From positions 8,067 to 72,066 of the forward strand of contig JBBRBU010000014.1 in NCBI GenBank assembly GCA_038205505.1: 64,000 bases of DNA, read 5' to 3'. Source of the stretch: Lysobacterales bacterium (lineage in GTDB: Bacteria > Pseudomonadota > Gammaproteobacteria > Xanthomonadales > Rhodanobacteraceae). This document shows positions 9,396-22,456 of the stretch, piece by piece; the stretch's first letter is position 1, and every line of letters starts with the position of its first letter. The notes beneath the pieces are model-generated. The model was not told where the DNA came from and ran no database searches. It worked only from the letters and a program-made list of their open reading frames with translations. A program made the position numbers and the translations under genes.

Positions 9396-10642
9396 GTGAA
9401 TTTGCGTTTCTTGTTGATCCTGGCCTTGGCCGGGATCGGCGCTGTCGTCCCGAAAGGACACGCCGCCGAACTCTTGCGCCTTGAAGAGGCGGTTGCCCGC
9501 GCTCTGGCCAAAAATCCAACGCTTGCTGCTGAAGATTCCTTGCTGCAAGCCACTCGAATGCGCGCCGAACGTGGGGCATTGTCGCCGCCCTATGTAATCG
9601 GCGCTGAAGTGGAGAATGTCGCAGGTAGCGGCGCGCTGAGTGGTGTCAGCGGCGCAGAAACGACCCTGCGCATTGGTCGAGTCATCGAACTGGGAGGCAA
9701 GCGCACTGCCCGCCTGGCCCTCGGCGACGCGGAGGTCCGACAACGGCAAATCCTTGCCGAATCCGCTCGAATTGAACTTGCCAGCCGCACCACGCTCCGC
9801 TTCATCGAGGTGCTCGCCGATCAGCAACGCCTGGAGTACGCAAACGAGCGTGTAGAACAAGCCGGGCTCACCCGGAACGAAATTGCGGCGTGGGTAAAGG
9901 CCGCGCGAAACCCTGAATCGGACCTCTTCGCCGCGGAAATAGTCGTCGCGGAGGCGGAGCTGGATCGCGAGCATGCCGAGCACGAGTTGGCGAGCGCGCG
10001 GAGTACATTGGCAGCCAGTTGGGGTGCATTCGCGCCGGACTTCCAGGCGGTCGCCGGGGACCTGAAATCACTACCCGCTATCGATTCGTTCGAGAAGCTG
10101 GCGGAGCGCCTGCCGATGAGCGCAGAGCAACGAGCCTCGCTTCTGCAGGCCGAAACCATTTCCGCCGAACGCAGAGTCGCGGTTGCGAGCGCCAAGCCGG
10201 ATATTTCACTCAGCCTTGGCGTGCGTCGATCGGAAGCTCTTGATGATCAGGCACTCGTTTTGTCGCTGTCATTGCCCTTGGGCAGCAGGTCGCGAGCGGC
10301 GTACTCGGTGTCCGAGGCCGACGCGCGACTAGCAGCACTGGAGGCGCAACGCGATGCTCGCCACTTCGAGCTCCATCAAGCGCTGTTCGAGAAATATCAG
10401 GAGCTCAATCACGCTCGATTTGAAACCGAATCCCTGACTGCGCGGCTTGTACCCAAGGCGGAACAAGCCCTCGATTTCACTCGGCGCGGATTCAACGCCG
10501 GCAGATTCTCCTTCTATTCGCTCGCCCAGGCGCAAAAGACCTTGTTCGACCTGCGCGGCCGAGAAGTCGAAGCTGCCGCCCGCTATCACACCCTGCTGGT
10601 CGAGGTCGAACGCCTCACCGCTGTCGCCACGGAAACCACGCC

Positions 10643-10646
<4 letters not shown>
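9396..10646 (+). CDS. czcC: TolC-family outer-membrane factor of heavy-metal RND efflux
   Basis: Signal peptide and OEP-like sequence (FNAGRFSFYSLAQAQ). First gene of the C-B-A triplet; GTG start with SD ggagg. Confidence 0.85.
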
Positions 10647-15041
<4,395 letters not shown>

Positions 15042-15126
15042 TCGACGGATTTCCGATTTCCGCGCGCGCATTTTCCTGGCTGAAACGATGTGGTGGGATT
15101 TTGTCATCTTGCCGACCAGGTGAAAA

Positions 15127-15582
15127 CTAGCGGTTCGCTTTTTCGAGATCCTTGATCAGAGCTTTCATCTCACCAATCTCGCGGACTTGCGCCTCGATGA
15201 TTGCGTCAGCCAGCTTGCGCACGCGCGGGTCCGAGATGTGCGCGCGTCCGCTCGTCAAAATGGCAATCGAGTGATGCGGGATCATGGCCTTCATGTAGGA
15301 AACATCGTCCACCGTTTGCTGGCTGCGTACCAGCCAGAGTGAGCCGGCAAAAACGAGCACGCTGCCAAGCAGGATGCCCGCGTTGAGGCGCTTGTTGTCA
15401 TACATGCCGAGCATGAACAGCAACATGACGATGGCCATTGTCGCTCCCATCACAAGCGCCATGTAGGCACGTGTCTCGCTGAAAAAGATGTGATCGAGCG
15501 CGTAAGTATTGAGGTACATGAGACCGAACATCACGAGCGTCGATGTGGCAATCATGGCGCTGAATTTCAGATACTTTGACAT
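15127..15582 (-). CDS. DUF305-domain membrane protein (CopM-like four-helix metal-binding fold)
   Basis: YMKAMIPHHSIAI and IIEAQVREIGEMK motifs. SD ggagg upstream. Confidence 0.8.
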   Translation of the reverse strand: MSKYLKFSAMIATSTLVMFGLMYLNTYALDHIFFSETRAYMALVMGATMAIVMLLFMLGMYDNKRLNAGILLGSVLVFAGSLWLVRSQQTVDDVSYMKAMIPHHSIAILTSGRAHISDPRVRKLADAIIEAQVREIGEMKALIKDLEKANR

Positions 15583-15745
15583 CAAGGTTCCTCCCGGGAT
15601 TGCGTTGGCGAACGTCTTTGCGAGGCGGCCGACCACTTCATGCGGCCCTTCATCATGCCGATCGCGCCTGACTCTGCGATGAGCCTGGCCTTGCAGGCGA
15701 TTGGCATCCAGTGAACATTGAAACGAATGGGAGGGCTATCGATCG

Positions 15746-15774
15746 CCTCGCGGGCAGAAAACGTGCCCGCGAGG
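15746..15774. terminator. GC-rich hairpin (11-bp perfect stem), possible terminator or processing site
   Basis: cctcgcgggca-gaaaacg-tgcccgcgagg. No clear U-tract. Confidence 0.4.
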
Positions 15775-15823
15775 GAGGCCGTACTTTCCAGCTCGCGTCA
15801 TGCGTCCAGCGCGATAGCTTCGC

Positions 15824-16357
15824 TCAGGACTTCGGGCGAGACGACCAGTGAATGTGGACGATCTTCCAGCTTTCACCGACCTGCTTGAGGATCATCGTTT
15901 CCGTGCTGCGCAAGGTGGCAGGCTTGCCATCCTTCTGATAATGGATCTCGCTCTCGCTGCCAATCCAGACCAGGTCACCGCTACGCTTGGCGGTACGGCG
16001 GAGCAGCTGCACATGCGCGTCTTTCAGGAACTTCGCGTCGCTGCTCGCGTGATGAGACAAATACTCCTTCCGGCTGCGCTCGGCGCCGCCACTTTCGAGG
16101 ATCAGCACGTCGGCATCGAGCAGCGACTCGACGGCTTTCAGATCACCGGCCTTGAGCGCTGTGCCGAGCCGATCGGCCACGCTGACGGCTGCCTGCACTT
16201 GCACTGACATTTCCGGCGATGCGGCCGTATCCGCAGCCGCAGCATCGTGCGTGTGGCTGTGCGATGTCGACTTGGGTGTTTCTTCTGCGCCAGCGACTGC
16301 GCAACCCAGAAGCAAGGCGGCGAGAAACGGTGTGGCGCGGGAATAAAGCGTGCTCAT
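15824..16357 (-). CDS. Exported NTF2-like (DUF4440-type) protein with a short His-rich N-terminus
   Basis: Signal peptide, HSHTHD, and C-terminal WKIVHIHWSS typical of NTF2-like folds. Part of the cop cluster. Confidence 0.75.
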   Translation of the reverse strand: MSTLYSRATPFLAALLLGCAVAGAEETPKSTSHSHTHDAAAADTAASPEMSVQVQAAVSVADRLGTALKAGDLKAVESLLDADVLILESGGAERSRKEYLSHHASSDAKFLKDAHVQLLRRTAKRSGDLVWIGSESEIHYQKDGKPATLRSTETMILKQVGESWKIVHIHWSSRPKS

Positions 16358-16373
16358 GATCGGTTTTCCTTTC

Positions 16374-17225
16374 TCAATGATCGTGCTGGGGATGGTCGTT
16401 GGCCGGATCGACCGGCTTGATTGGATGTCGCTCTACCGTTCCGTCGGCATGACGATGGGATTTCATTTTCACCTCGCCCGCCTTGTCCGAATCGACGGCC
16501 GCGTCGCCTGCGTGCTCGCGGGTCTCCGAATCGGAATGCGCGCTACCGCTCTCGCCTGAAGTTTCCCCCTCCGCGGAATGCTGATGCCCGACATGCTCGT
16601 CAGCGGTGGCCGCATGATGATCGTCGACTTGTCGAGCCGCGTTGTCATGGAGCTCTTCGCTTTCCGAGTGGGAATTTTCATGCTCTCCGCTTTCACCGCC
16701 GCCGTGGGAATGGCCGCTGCTGTTCGCAACCATTGCCCGGTACTGCGCGGCATCCAGCGTCGGCAACTTCTGCAGAAATGCGGCCATGTTCCAGATGTAG
16801 TCATCAGCCATGCTCTTGCCCCAGGCCGGCATGCCGGAGGCCTTGATGCCGTGCTTGATGACCCAGAACGCTTGCGCCGGCTCGACCTTTTGCGTGGAGA
16901 GATTCGGTGGTGCCGGATACAAACCCTTGCTCAACTCCGTTTCGACCATGCCTGGCGACAGGTGGCAACCGGTGCACATTGCGCTGTAGTTGCCGGCCCC
17001 CTGGGTGATTCTTGCGGGATCGGAAAGGTCTGGAACATCAAGCTTGCCTGCACGCGTTTCGATCGAGCGTTCACGCAAGGTTTCGAGGATGGCGTGAGTG
17101 GCTCGGTAGTGCGGATCATCTGCGCCGATGTTGTAGAGGCCCGACCAGACAAAGGCCCCCGCTGCCAATGCTAGAACAACCAGAGCGACGACGAAGCCGG
17201 TAGTTTTTCCTGTATTCGATTTCAT
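16374..17225 (-). CDS. c-type cytochrome with a long His-rich C-terminal tail
   Basis: Haem motif CTGCH, LYPAPPNL and WVIKHGIKASGMPAW. Tail is rich in His/Glu/Ser. Confidence 0.85.
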   Translation of the reverse strand: MKSNTGKTTGFVVALVVLALAAGAFVWSGLYNIGADDPHYRATHAILETLRERSIETRAGKLDVPDLSDPARITQGAGNYSAMCTGCHLSPGMVETELSKGLYPAPPNLSTQKVEPAQAFWVIKHGIKASGMPAWGKSMADDYIWNMAAFLQKLPTLDAAQYRAMVANSSGHSHGGGESGEHENSHSESEELHDNAARQVDDHHAATADEHVGHQHSAEGETSGESGSAHSDSETREHAGDAAVDSDKAGEVKMKSHRHADGTVERHPIKPVDPANDHPQHDH

Positions 17226-17240
17226 GAGTTGTTCCTTGAG

Positions 17241-18377
17241 CTAAAACCACATGCGCACGCCAGCAACAAGCTGGGTGTCATTGACCTGTCCGAAATCAGC
17301 GCGCGCGTAGTCTGCGGTCTTTCCGAACTTGCGTGACCAGACAACGCCGACGTAGGGCGCAAACTTCCGGGTCACTTCGTATCGAAGGCGCAATGCCAGT
17401 TCGATATCGGAAAAACCAGCTCCGATTCCGCGTGCAGGATCGTCTTTGCCGTAGAAGTTCATCTCTACGTCGGGCTGCAGCACCAAGCGTTGGGTCAGCA
17501 AGAGCTCGTACTCGGCCTCCAGCCGAAAAGCCGTTCTACCTTGCTCACCAACATAGGCCGTGGCATCAACTTCAAACCAGTAGGGTGCCAAACCCTGCAT
17601 GCCAATCGCAGCCCAGTTTCTGGATGGGCCACTTCCGCTGTCGTGACGGGCACCGGATTGAAGGTTCCAGTACGCAGAAATGGCCTTGCTCCACAACAGC
17701 TCCATGCGCATTGTCTCCAATCGCCCGTCGCTGCGTTCGCCTTCCAGCTTGAACCAGATCTTGTTCAAGTCCGATCCAACCCAGGCCTGAGCATTGAGGG
17801 ATTGTCCATTTTCATCGTCGCCGGTGAACTGCTCGAGCTGGTCGATCAGCACGCTGCCGAGTCTGGAATGGCCATGCATTCCGTCCATCCCGATCATGGG
17901 TCCGGAGCTGACCCCATCGGAATAGTCCGGGTTGCGCGCGTCCGCAGGTGCTGATCCACCCTGCATGTCCATGTCGCCATGATCCATGCCCTCCATCTTG
18001 CTGTGATCCATGCCTTCCATCTTGCTGTGGTCCATGCCTTCCATCTGGCTGTGATCCATGCCCTCCATCTGGCTGTGATCCATGCCCTTCATCTTGCTGT
18101 GGTCCATGCCTTCCTTCGGCTTTTGGGCACCGGACTTGGCCTTCATGGCTGGGGTTTCGGATTTCGCCGGTTCGAGTTTTTCACCTGTTGTTTCTTGATG
18201 TATCTCTGGAGGCGTGTGCGCGTGATGCTCGCTCGCCGCGTTCACATCCTCAGCCGGAGATTCTGGCGTCTGTGCCAGAGTGATCAGTGGCCAACCAAGC
18301 GCCATGGCGAATAGCGTCCGCAGCATCCAGCCGGCGGGATTGGAACGATTTGATTGAACGCAATTGATGGTGCTCAT
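17241..18377 (-). CDS. copB: Copper resistance outer-membrane protein CopB
   Basis: ATGA overlap with the copA stop, MDHSxM repeats, GLAPYWFEVD, RLRYEVTRKFAPYVG and terminal WF. Confidence 0.92.
   Translation of the reverse strand: MSTINCVQSNRSNPAGWMLRTLFAMALGWPLITLAQTPESPAEDVNAASEHHAHTPPEIHQETTGEKLEPAKSETPAMKAKSGAQKPKEGMDHSKMKGMDHSQMEGMDHSQMEGMDHSKMEGMDHSKMEGMDHGDMDMQGGSAPADARNPDYSDGVSSGPMIGMDGMHGHSRLGSVLIDQLEQFTGDDENGQSLNAQAWVGSDLNKIWFKLEGERSDGRLETMRMELLWSKAISAYWNLQSGARHDSGSGPSRNWAAIGMQGLAPYWFEVDATAYVGEQGRTAFRLEAEYELLLTQRLVLQPDVEMNFYGKDDPARGIGAGFSDIELALRLRYEVTRKFAPYVGVVWSRKFGKTADYARADFGQVNDTQLVAGVRMWF
17980..18113 (-). repeat. 24-bp coding tandem repeat (GMDHS[K/Q]M[E/K]) inside copB
   Basis: About 5-6 copies of gatccatgcc(c/t)tccatct(t/g)gctgt. 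Confidence 0.9.
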
Positions 18378-20134
18378 GACACCACCACCTGGCGCATCAT
18401 CCCGGCTTCCATGTGGTACAGCAGATGGCAGTGATAGGCCCAACGTCCGACGGCATCTGCGCTGACCCGATAGCTGATGCGTTGCGCAGGCTGCACCATG
18501 ACCGTGTGCTTTCGAACCAGGAAATCTCCATCAGGAGTTTCCAGTTCGCTCCACATTCCGTGCAGATGGACTGGATGCGGCATCATCGTGTCATTCGAAA
18601 GCACAACGCGAAGACATTCACCCAATCGAAAGTGAATGGGTTTGGCGTCGCTGAACGTCGTGCCGTCCATCGACCACATGTAGCGTTCCATGTTGCCGGT
18701 CAGATGCAGCTCTATCTCGCGACCAGGTTCGCGTGGATCGATGGATCCGCCGATCGTATGCAGATCGGCATACGTGAGTACCTTGCGACCGTTGTTGCGC
18801 AGACCGATGCCGGGATCGTCGAGATTGGTTCGGGGCGTGTCGACGCGCATGTCGACACCGGGTCCGTACTCGGTTCGTGCATGGCGGACTGCCGCGGTTC
18901 CCGCCATGTCGCCGTGGTTCGACCCGTGCTGCATTCCGACCATGCCGTCGCTACCGTGCTGCATGCCGGCACCCATGGCCATGGCGCCCATCATGTCGGT
19001 CATGCTCAACCACTGCGGTGGATCGACAGCAGGCACATCGGCCTGCATGCCGGCCCGCGGAGCGAGCGTGCCGCGCACGAATCCGGTGCGATCGATCGAC
19101 TGGGCAAACACCGTGTAGGCTTGTTCATCGCTCGGCTCTACGATCACGTCATAGGTCTCCGCAACGGCGATGCGGAACTCGTCCACGCTGACCGGCTCGA
19201 CATCCTGGCCGTCGGCCGCGACCACGGTCATTTTCAGGCCCGGAATACGGACGTCGAAAATGCTCATCGCCGAGCCATTGATGAAGCGCAGGCGCACTTT
19301 CTCGCCACGCTTGAACAGCCCGGTCCAGTTGTCACCTGCGCTGGCGCCATTCATCAGGTAGGTATAGGTATGCGCGGTGACATCGCCGAGATCGGCTGGG
19401 CTCATGCGCATCTGGTTCCACATCTTGCGTTTTGCCAGGGCCTGACGAAACCCCATTTTCAATGCATCGTTGGCGAAATCGACCGCGGTCGGCTCATTGA
19501 AGTTGTAGTAGTCGCCCATTTTCTTCAGATTGGCGAACAATACTTCCGGATCTTCGTCGGTCCAGTCCGACAGCAGCACGACGTGATCCTGCTGGGTCGG
19601 AAAGCGCTCGCCGTTTTTTGGCGAGATCACGATCGGGCCGTACAGGCCGGTCTGTTCCTGGAAGCGCGAGTGGCTGTGATACCAGTAGGTCCCGCTCTGA
19701 TTGACAGCGAACTGGTACTCGAACGTCTCGCCTGGAGCGATGCCGTCGAAGCTCAGGCCCGGCACGCCGTCCATGCCGGTAGGCAACAGGATTCCGTGCC
19801 AGTGGATCGAGGTCGGTACGCGCAATCGATTGGTCACGCGCAAGGTGACTGTATCGCCCTCGCGCCAGTGAAGTGTCGGCGCGGGCACCGATCCGTTGAC
19901 CGTGGTTGCAGAACTCCGGGCTCCGGTGATGCCAGACGCGGTTTCGCCGATAGTCAGGTCAAATTGTGTGCCGGACAAGGTGTTGGCCTTGCCGGACGGA
20001 TCGCGCGCCCAGGCCATTGGATGCCGAAGCCCGAGGGTGGCGATCGCGCCCCCAGCGAGAAGGCCTTGCAGGAATCGTCGTCGGGATGCCGTCATCGGCA
20101 GGACGACAGGGAAATCAGAAAAACGGGAAGTCAT
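18374..20134 (-). CDS. copA: Copper resistance multicopper oxidase CopA
   Basis: Tat motif SRRRFLQG and Cu ligands HWHG, WYHSH, HPVHLH, HCHLLYH. Confidence 0.95.
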   Translation of the reverse strand: MTSRFSDFPVVLPMTASRRRFLQGLLAGGAIATLGLRHPMAWARDPSGKANTLSGTQFDLTIGETASGITGARSSATTVNGSVPAPTLHWREGDTVTLRVTNRLRVPTSIHWHGILLPTGMDGVPGLSFDGIAPGETFEYQFAVNQSGTYWYHSHSRFQEQTGLYGPIVISPKNGERFPTQQDHVVLLSDWTDEDPEVLFANLKKMGDYYNFNEPTAVDFANDALKMGFRQALAKRKMWNQMRMSPADLGDVTAHTYTYLMNGASAGDNWTGLFKRGEKVRLRFINGSAMSIFDVRIPGLKMTVVAADGQDVEPVSVDEFRIAVAETYDVIVEPSDEQAYTVFAQSIDRTGFVRGTLAPRAGMQADVPAVDPPQWLSMTDMMGAMAMGAGMQHGSDGMVGMQHGSNHGDMAGTAAVRHARTEYGPGVDMRVDTPRTNLDDPGIGLRNNGRKVLTYADLHTIGGSIDPREPGREIELHLTGNMERYMWSMDGTTFSDAKPIHFRLGECLRVVLSNDTMMPHPVHLHGMWSELETPDGDFLVRKHTVMVQPAQRISYRVSADAVGRWAYHCHLLYHMEAGMMRQVVVS

Positions 20135-20257
20135 GGTTATCACCACTCAGTGTCGAAGGATCGACTGCACGTCGCGTGCAGGCAATGACGGCATCTCGAG
20201 CCTCGCGAGAACGCGAGTCGAGTGCAATCGGTGGTGCCCGAAAGCACCAGCAGACAC

Positions 20258-20686
20258 TCAAGCGATAGGAGGGCGACTCAGATGCGGCAGGATCGGCGCT
20301 GGAAGTCCGGCTGCGACCGGACGATCCCTCGATTCACCCATTTCAGCAACGCCGAACCAGGCAAATGACGGCAAGGTTGCCGCCGCATGAACGCAGGCAC
20401 AGTTGCAGTGGGCCGACTTGCAGCAGTCGGGCGCGAGATCTTGAGAAGACGTCGCAGACACGTCCTTCGCCTGCGCGAGAGCTTCGCTCGCTTGGGACTC
20501 ATCTAATGATGGTGGTTCGTGGCATGCAGGCTTTGCCGGGGTATGCGATTCAACGTTTAACGCGCGGGAGTGCATATCAGCGGGATTGTGGGCGCCGGCC
20601 GAAAAGGCGGCCATGGCGAGCGGTGACCCATTCAGGATCACCCCAAGCGCCAACACTACCCGTAGCAGAATTGATCTGAACATCAT
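20258..20686 (-). CDS. copL: CopL-family leader/metal-binding regulatory protein ending RPPIA
   Basis: Signal-like N-terminus, Cys/His cluster DCCKSAHCNCACVH and Pro-rich end PAPILPHLSRPPIA. Sits immediately upstream of copA. Confidence 0.85.
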   Translation of the reverse strand: MMFRSILLRVVLALGVILNGSPLAMAAFSAGAHNPADMHSRALNVESHTPAKPACHEPPSLDESQASEALAQAKDVSATSSQDLAPDCCKSAHCNCACVHAAATLPSFAWFGVAEMGESRDRPVAAGLPAPILPHLSRPPIA

Positions 20687-21012
20687 GTTTCTACAATACA
20701 CCGGTCAGATGGGGATTCAATCGATGGCAGCAGATCCAACATGCCCGCTCGGCGCATCGTTTTCATTCGATCAATGATTGACCCTGGCGCCAGGCATAGG
20801 TTCATTCCCGTCGACTTGACCTGAACACACAATTTCACGCGGGTCGGGTATGCAGGAACGCTGGCCAGGATGCCGGGAACCGTGGTCGGACGCTGCGCGG
20901 CAGAACAAGGGCTGCCGGCTCGTCGGCACTCGCTCGTCCCGGACTGGCTCGCAACCTTGACCGAGCTGCCCTGCGATCAAGCCCGTCGCCAGCTTCAGTT
21001 ATTATTCCCGCC

Positions 21013-21762
21013 ATGAGCAAATCCAACACCACGCATTTCGGTTTTCGCGATGTCGCCGAGAGCGACAAGGCGCGCCTTGTCGGCGAGGTCTTCACCTCGG
21101 TTGCGCGCAACTACGACATCATGAACGACCTCATGTCGTTCGGCGTGCACCGCTTGTGGAAGCGACACTTCGTCGCCACCAGCGGCGTGCGTGCCGGCGA
21201 TCACGTGCTCGATCTGGCCGGTGGAACCGGCGATATTGCGGCACTGTTGCTGCCGCGGGTCGGCAAGGCGGGTCGCATCGTCATCGCCGACATCAATGGC
21301 GACATGCTGCGCGTCGGCCGAGATCGAATGATCGATCGTGGCCTGCTGCGCGGTCTCGATTATTCCCAGGTCGATGCCGAAGCCCTGCCGTTTCCGGATC
21401 AGAGTTTCGATTGCGTGACGATGGCCTTCGGACTGCGCAACGTGACGCGCAAGGAGAACGCGCTGGCCGAGATCCATCGCGTGCTCAAGGTTGGCGGACG
21501 GGCATTGATCCTGGAATTTTCCTCCGTGCGCGAGCCCCTGCTCAAGCCGCTCTACGACTTCCACTCGTTTTCGGTCCTGCCGCGCATCGGCAAGCTGATT
21601 GCCGGCGACGAATCCAGCTATCGCTATCTCGCCGAATCAATCCGCAAGCATCCGGATCAGGCGACCTTGAAGTCGATGATGGAGCAAGCCGGCCTGGCCC
21701 GTGTCGATGTGCGCAATCTCTCCGCAGGGATCGTTGCGATCCATCGCGGGTATCGGGTCTAG
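21013..21762 (+). CDS. ubiE: Ubiquinone/menaquinone biosynthesis C-methyltransferase UbiE
   Basis: [36 protein letters not shown] and [10 protein letters not shown] motifs. Confidence 0.96.
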   Translation: MSKSNTTHFGFRDVAESDKARLVGEVFTSVARNYDIMNDLMSFGVHRLWKRHFVATSGVRAGDHVLDLAGGTGDIAALLLPRVGKAGRIVIADINGDMLRVGRDRMIDRGLLRGLDYSQVDAEALPFPDQSFDCVTMAFGLRNVTRKENALAEIHRVLKVGGRALILEFSSVREPLLKPLYDFHSFSVLPRIGKLIAGDESSYRYLAESIRKHPDQATLKSMMEQAGLARVDVRNLSAGIVAIHRGYRV

Positions 21763-21766
21763 TTTC

Positions 21767-22179
21767 AAGGCATCGCTGATCAAGTTGCGCAATCGTCACG
21801 ACGCCTGTCTGCGTGCTGCTCGCGACGTGCAGGCGCAGATGGTTCGGCCGTCTCGACCTCTGCTCCCGCGTTGCCCTCGACGGCTGTTCAAGGCGCCGTT
21901 CTCGATCGCTTGTTCCCGACGCGGTTCTACCCGATCCATCCAAGGATGCGTGCCTCGTGCATCCCTGCAGCCGCTTCAAGGCTGGCGGCGCGACAAAGAG
22001 ATGCGCGCAGACAGGTGGCGCCTGGTCAGTTGTCCGCAATTGAAGCAGGTGGCGTTCAGAGGGCCCGCGAGTCGCACCGCACGACTCGTCATGGCAGCTT
22101 GCCTTCACTTCGCCTCGCAGCACGACTCGCAGGCCTTCTGAAGGCCATGACGGTTGTGCAACTTGATCAGCGTTGCCTT
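21767..22179. mobile_element. MITE-like non-autonomous element with 32-bp imperfect terminal inverted repeats
   Basis: aaggcatcgctgatcaagttgcgcaatcgtca (21767-21798) matches the reverse complement of 22148-22179 at 29/32 positions. Internal nested inverted repeats; no transposase. Confidence 0.7.
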
Positions 22180-22188
22180 AGGCAAACG

Positions 22189-22228
22189 AAAAACGCTCGG
22201 TCAACGTGATAGCCGACCGAGCGGTTTT
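22189..22228. terminator. Bidirectional intrinsic terminator
   Basis: 9-bp stem cgctcggtc/gaccgagcg with an A-tract on the left and a T-tract on the right. Confidence 0.7.
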
Positions 22229-22330
22229 CGGAAGCAAGAAAAGTCGGACGAGAAGCGGAACGCATCCTGCGGTCCGTTCTCCCCTCGTCCGACTTAGGGG
22301 GAGTGGCGTGATGGCGTGGCCGATCACTTG
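22189..22330 (-). ncRNA. Candidate ~140-nt small RNA downstream of luxR
   Basis: 55-nt hairpin (aagtcggacgag/ctcgtccgactt plus inner stem) followed by a terminator. Putative -10 CATTCT at 22341-22336, with a palindrome ~32 bp further upstream. Confidence 0.4.
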
Positions 22331-22362
22331 CCGACAGAATGCCCGCAATAAAAAGACGGCGA

Positions 22363-22383
22363 TAGCTGTCAGTCTGACAGCTA
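22363..22383. promoter_or_regulatory. Perfect 21-bp palindrome resembling a lux box
   Basis: tagctgtcag-t-ctgacagcta; CT-N11-AG core (canonical lux boxes are CT-N12-AG). Confidence 0.5.
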
Positions 22384-22456
22384 GGTTTTATCTTCAAACT
22401 ATGCTAGGTGTCGCAACGTTTGGCGCAGCCGCAGCGCCTTACAGCGCCGCAGCGCC

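Noticed and set aside
15583-15710. 41-aa ORF (MPIACKARLIAESG...) upstream of DUF305
   Set aside because: No SD or known motif; compatible with chance in GC-rich DNA.
17980-18113. Regular short repeats as a possible CRISPR array
   Set aside because: They are in-frame 24-bp tandem units without spacers, encoding the CopB Met/His tract. No cas genes are present.
18413-20188. 591-aa ORF on the plus strand
   Set aside because: Antisense shadow of copA caused by codon bias. The same applies to 12162-13313, 31264-32697, 35054-36862, 54492-56057 and 59400-60569.
22167-22397. 76-aa ORF (or its 32-aa internal ATG form) downstream of luxR
   Set aside because: It crosses the palindrome, hairpin and terminator, has poor SD spacing and shows no LuxI or other similarity. 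An RNA interpretation fits better.
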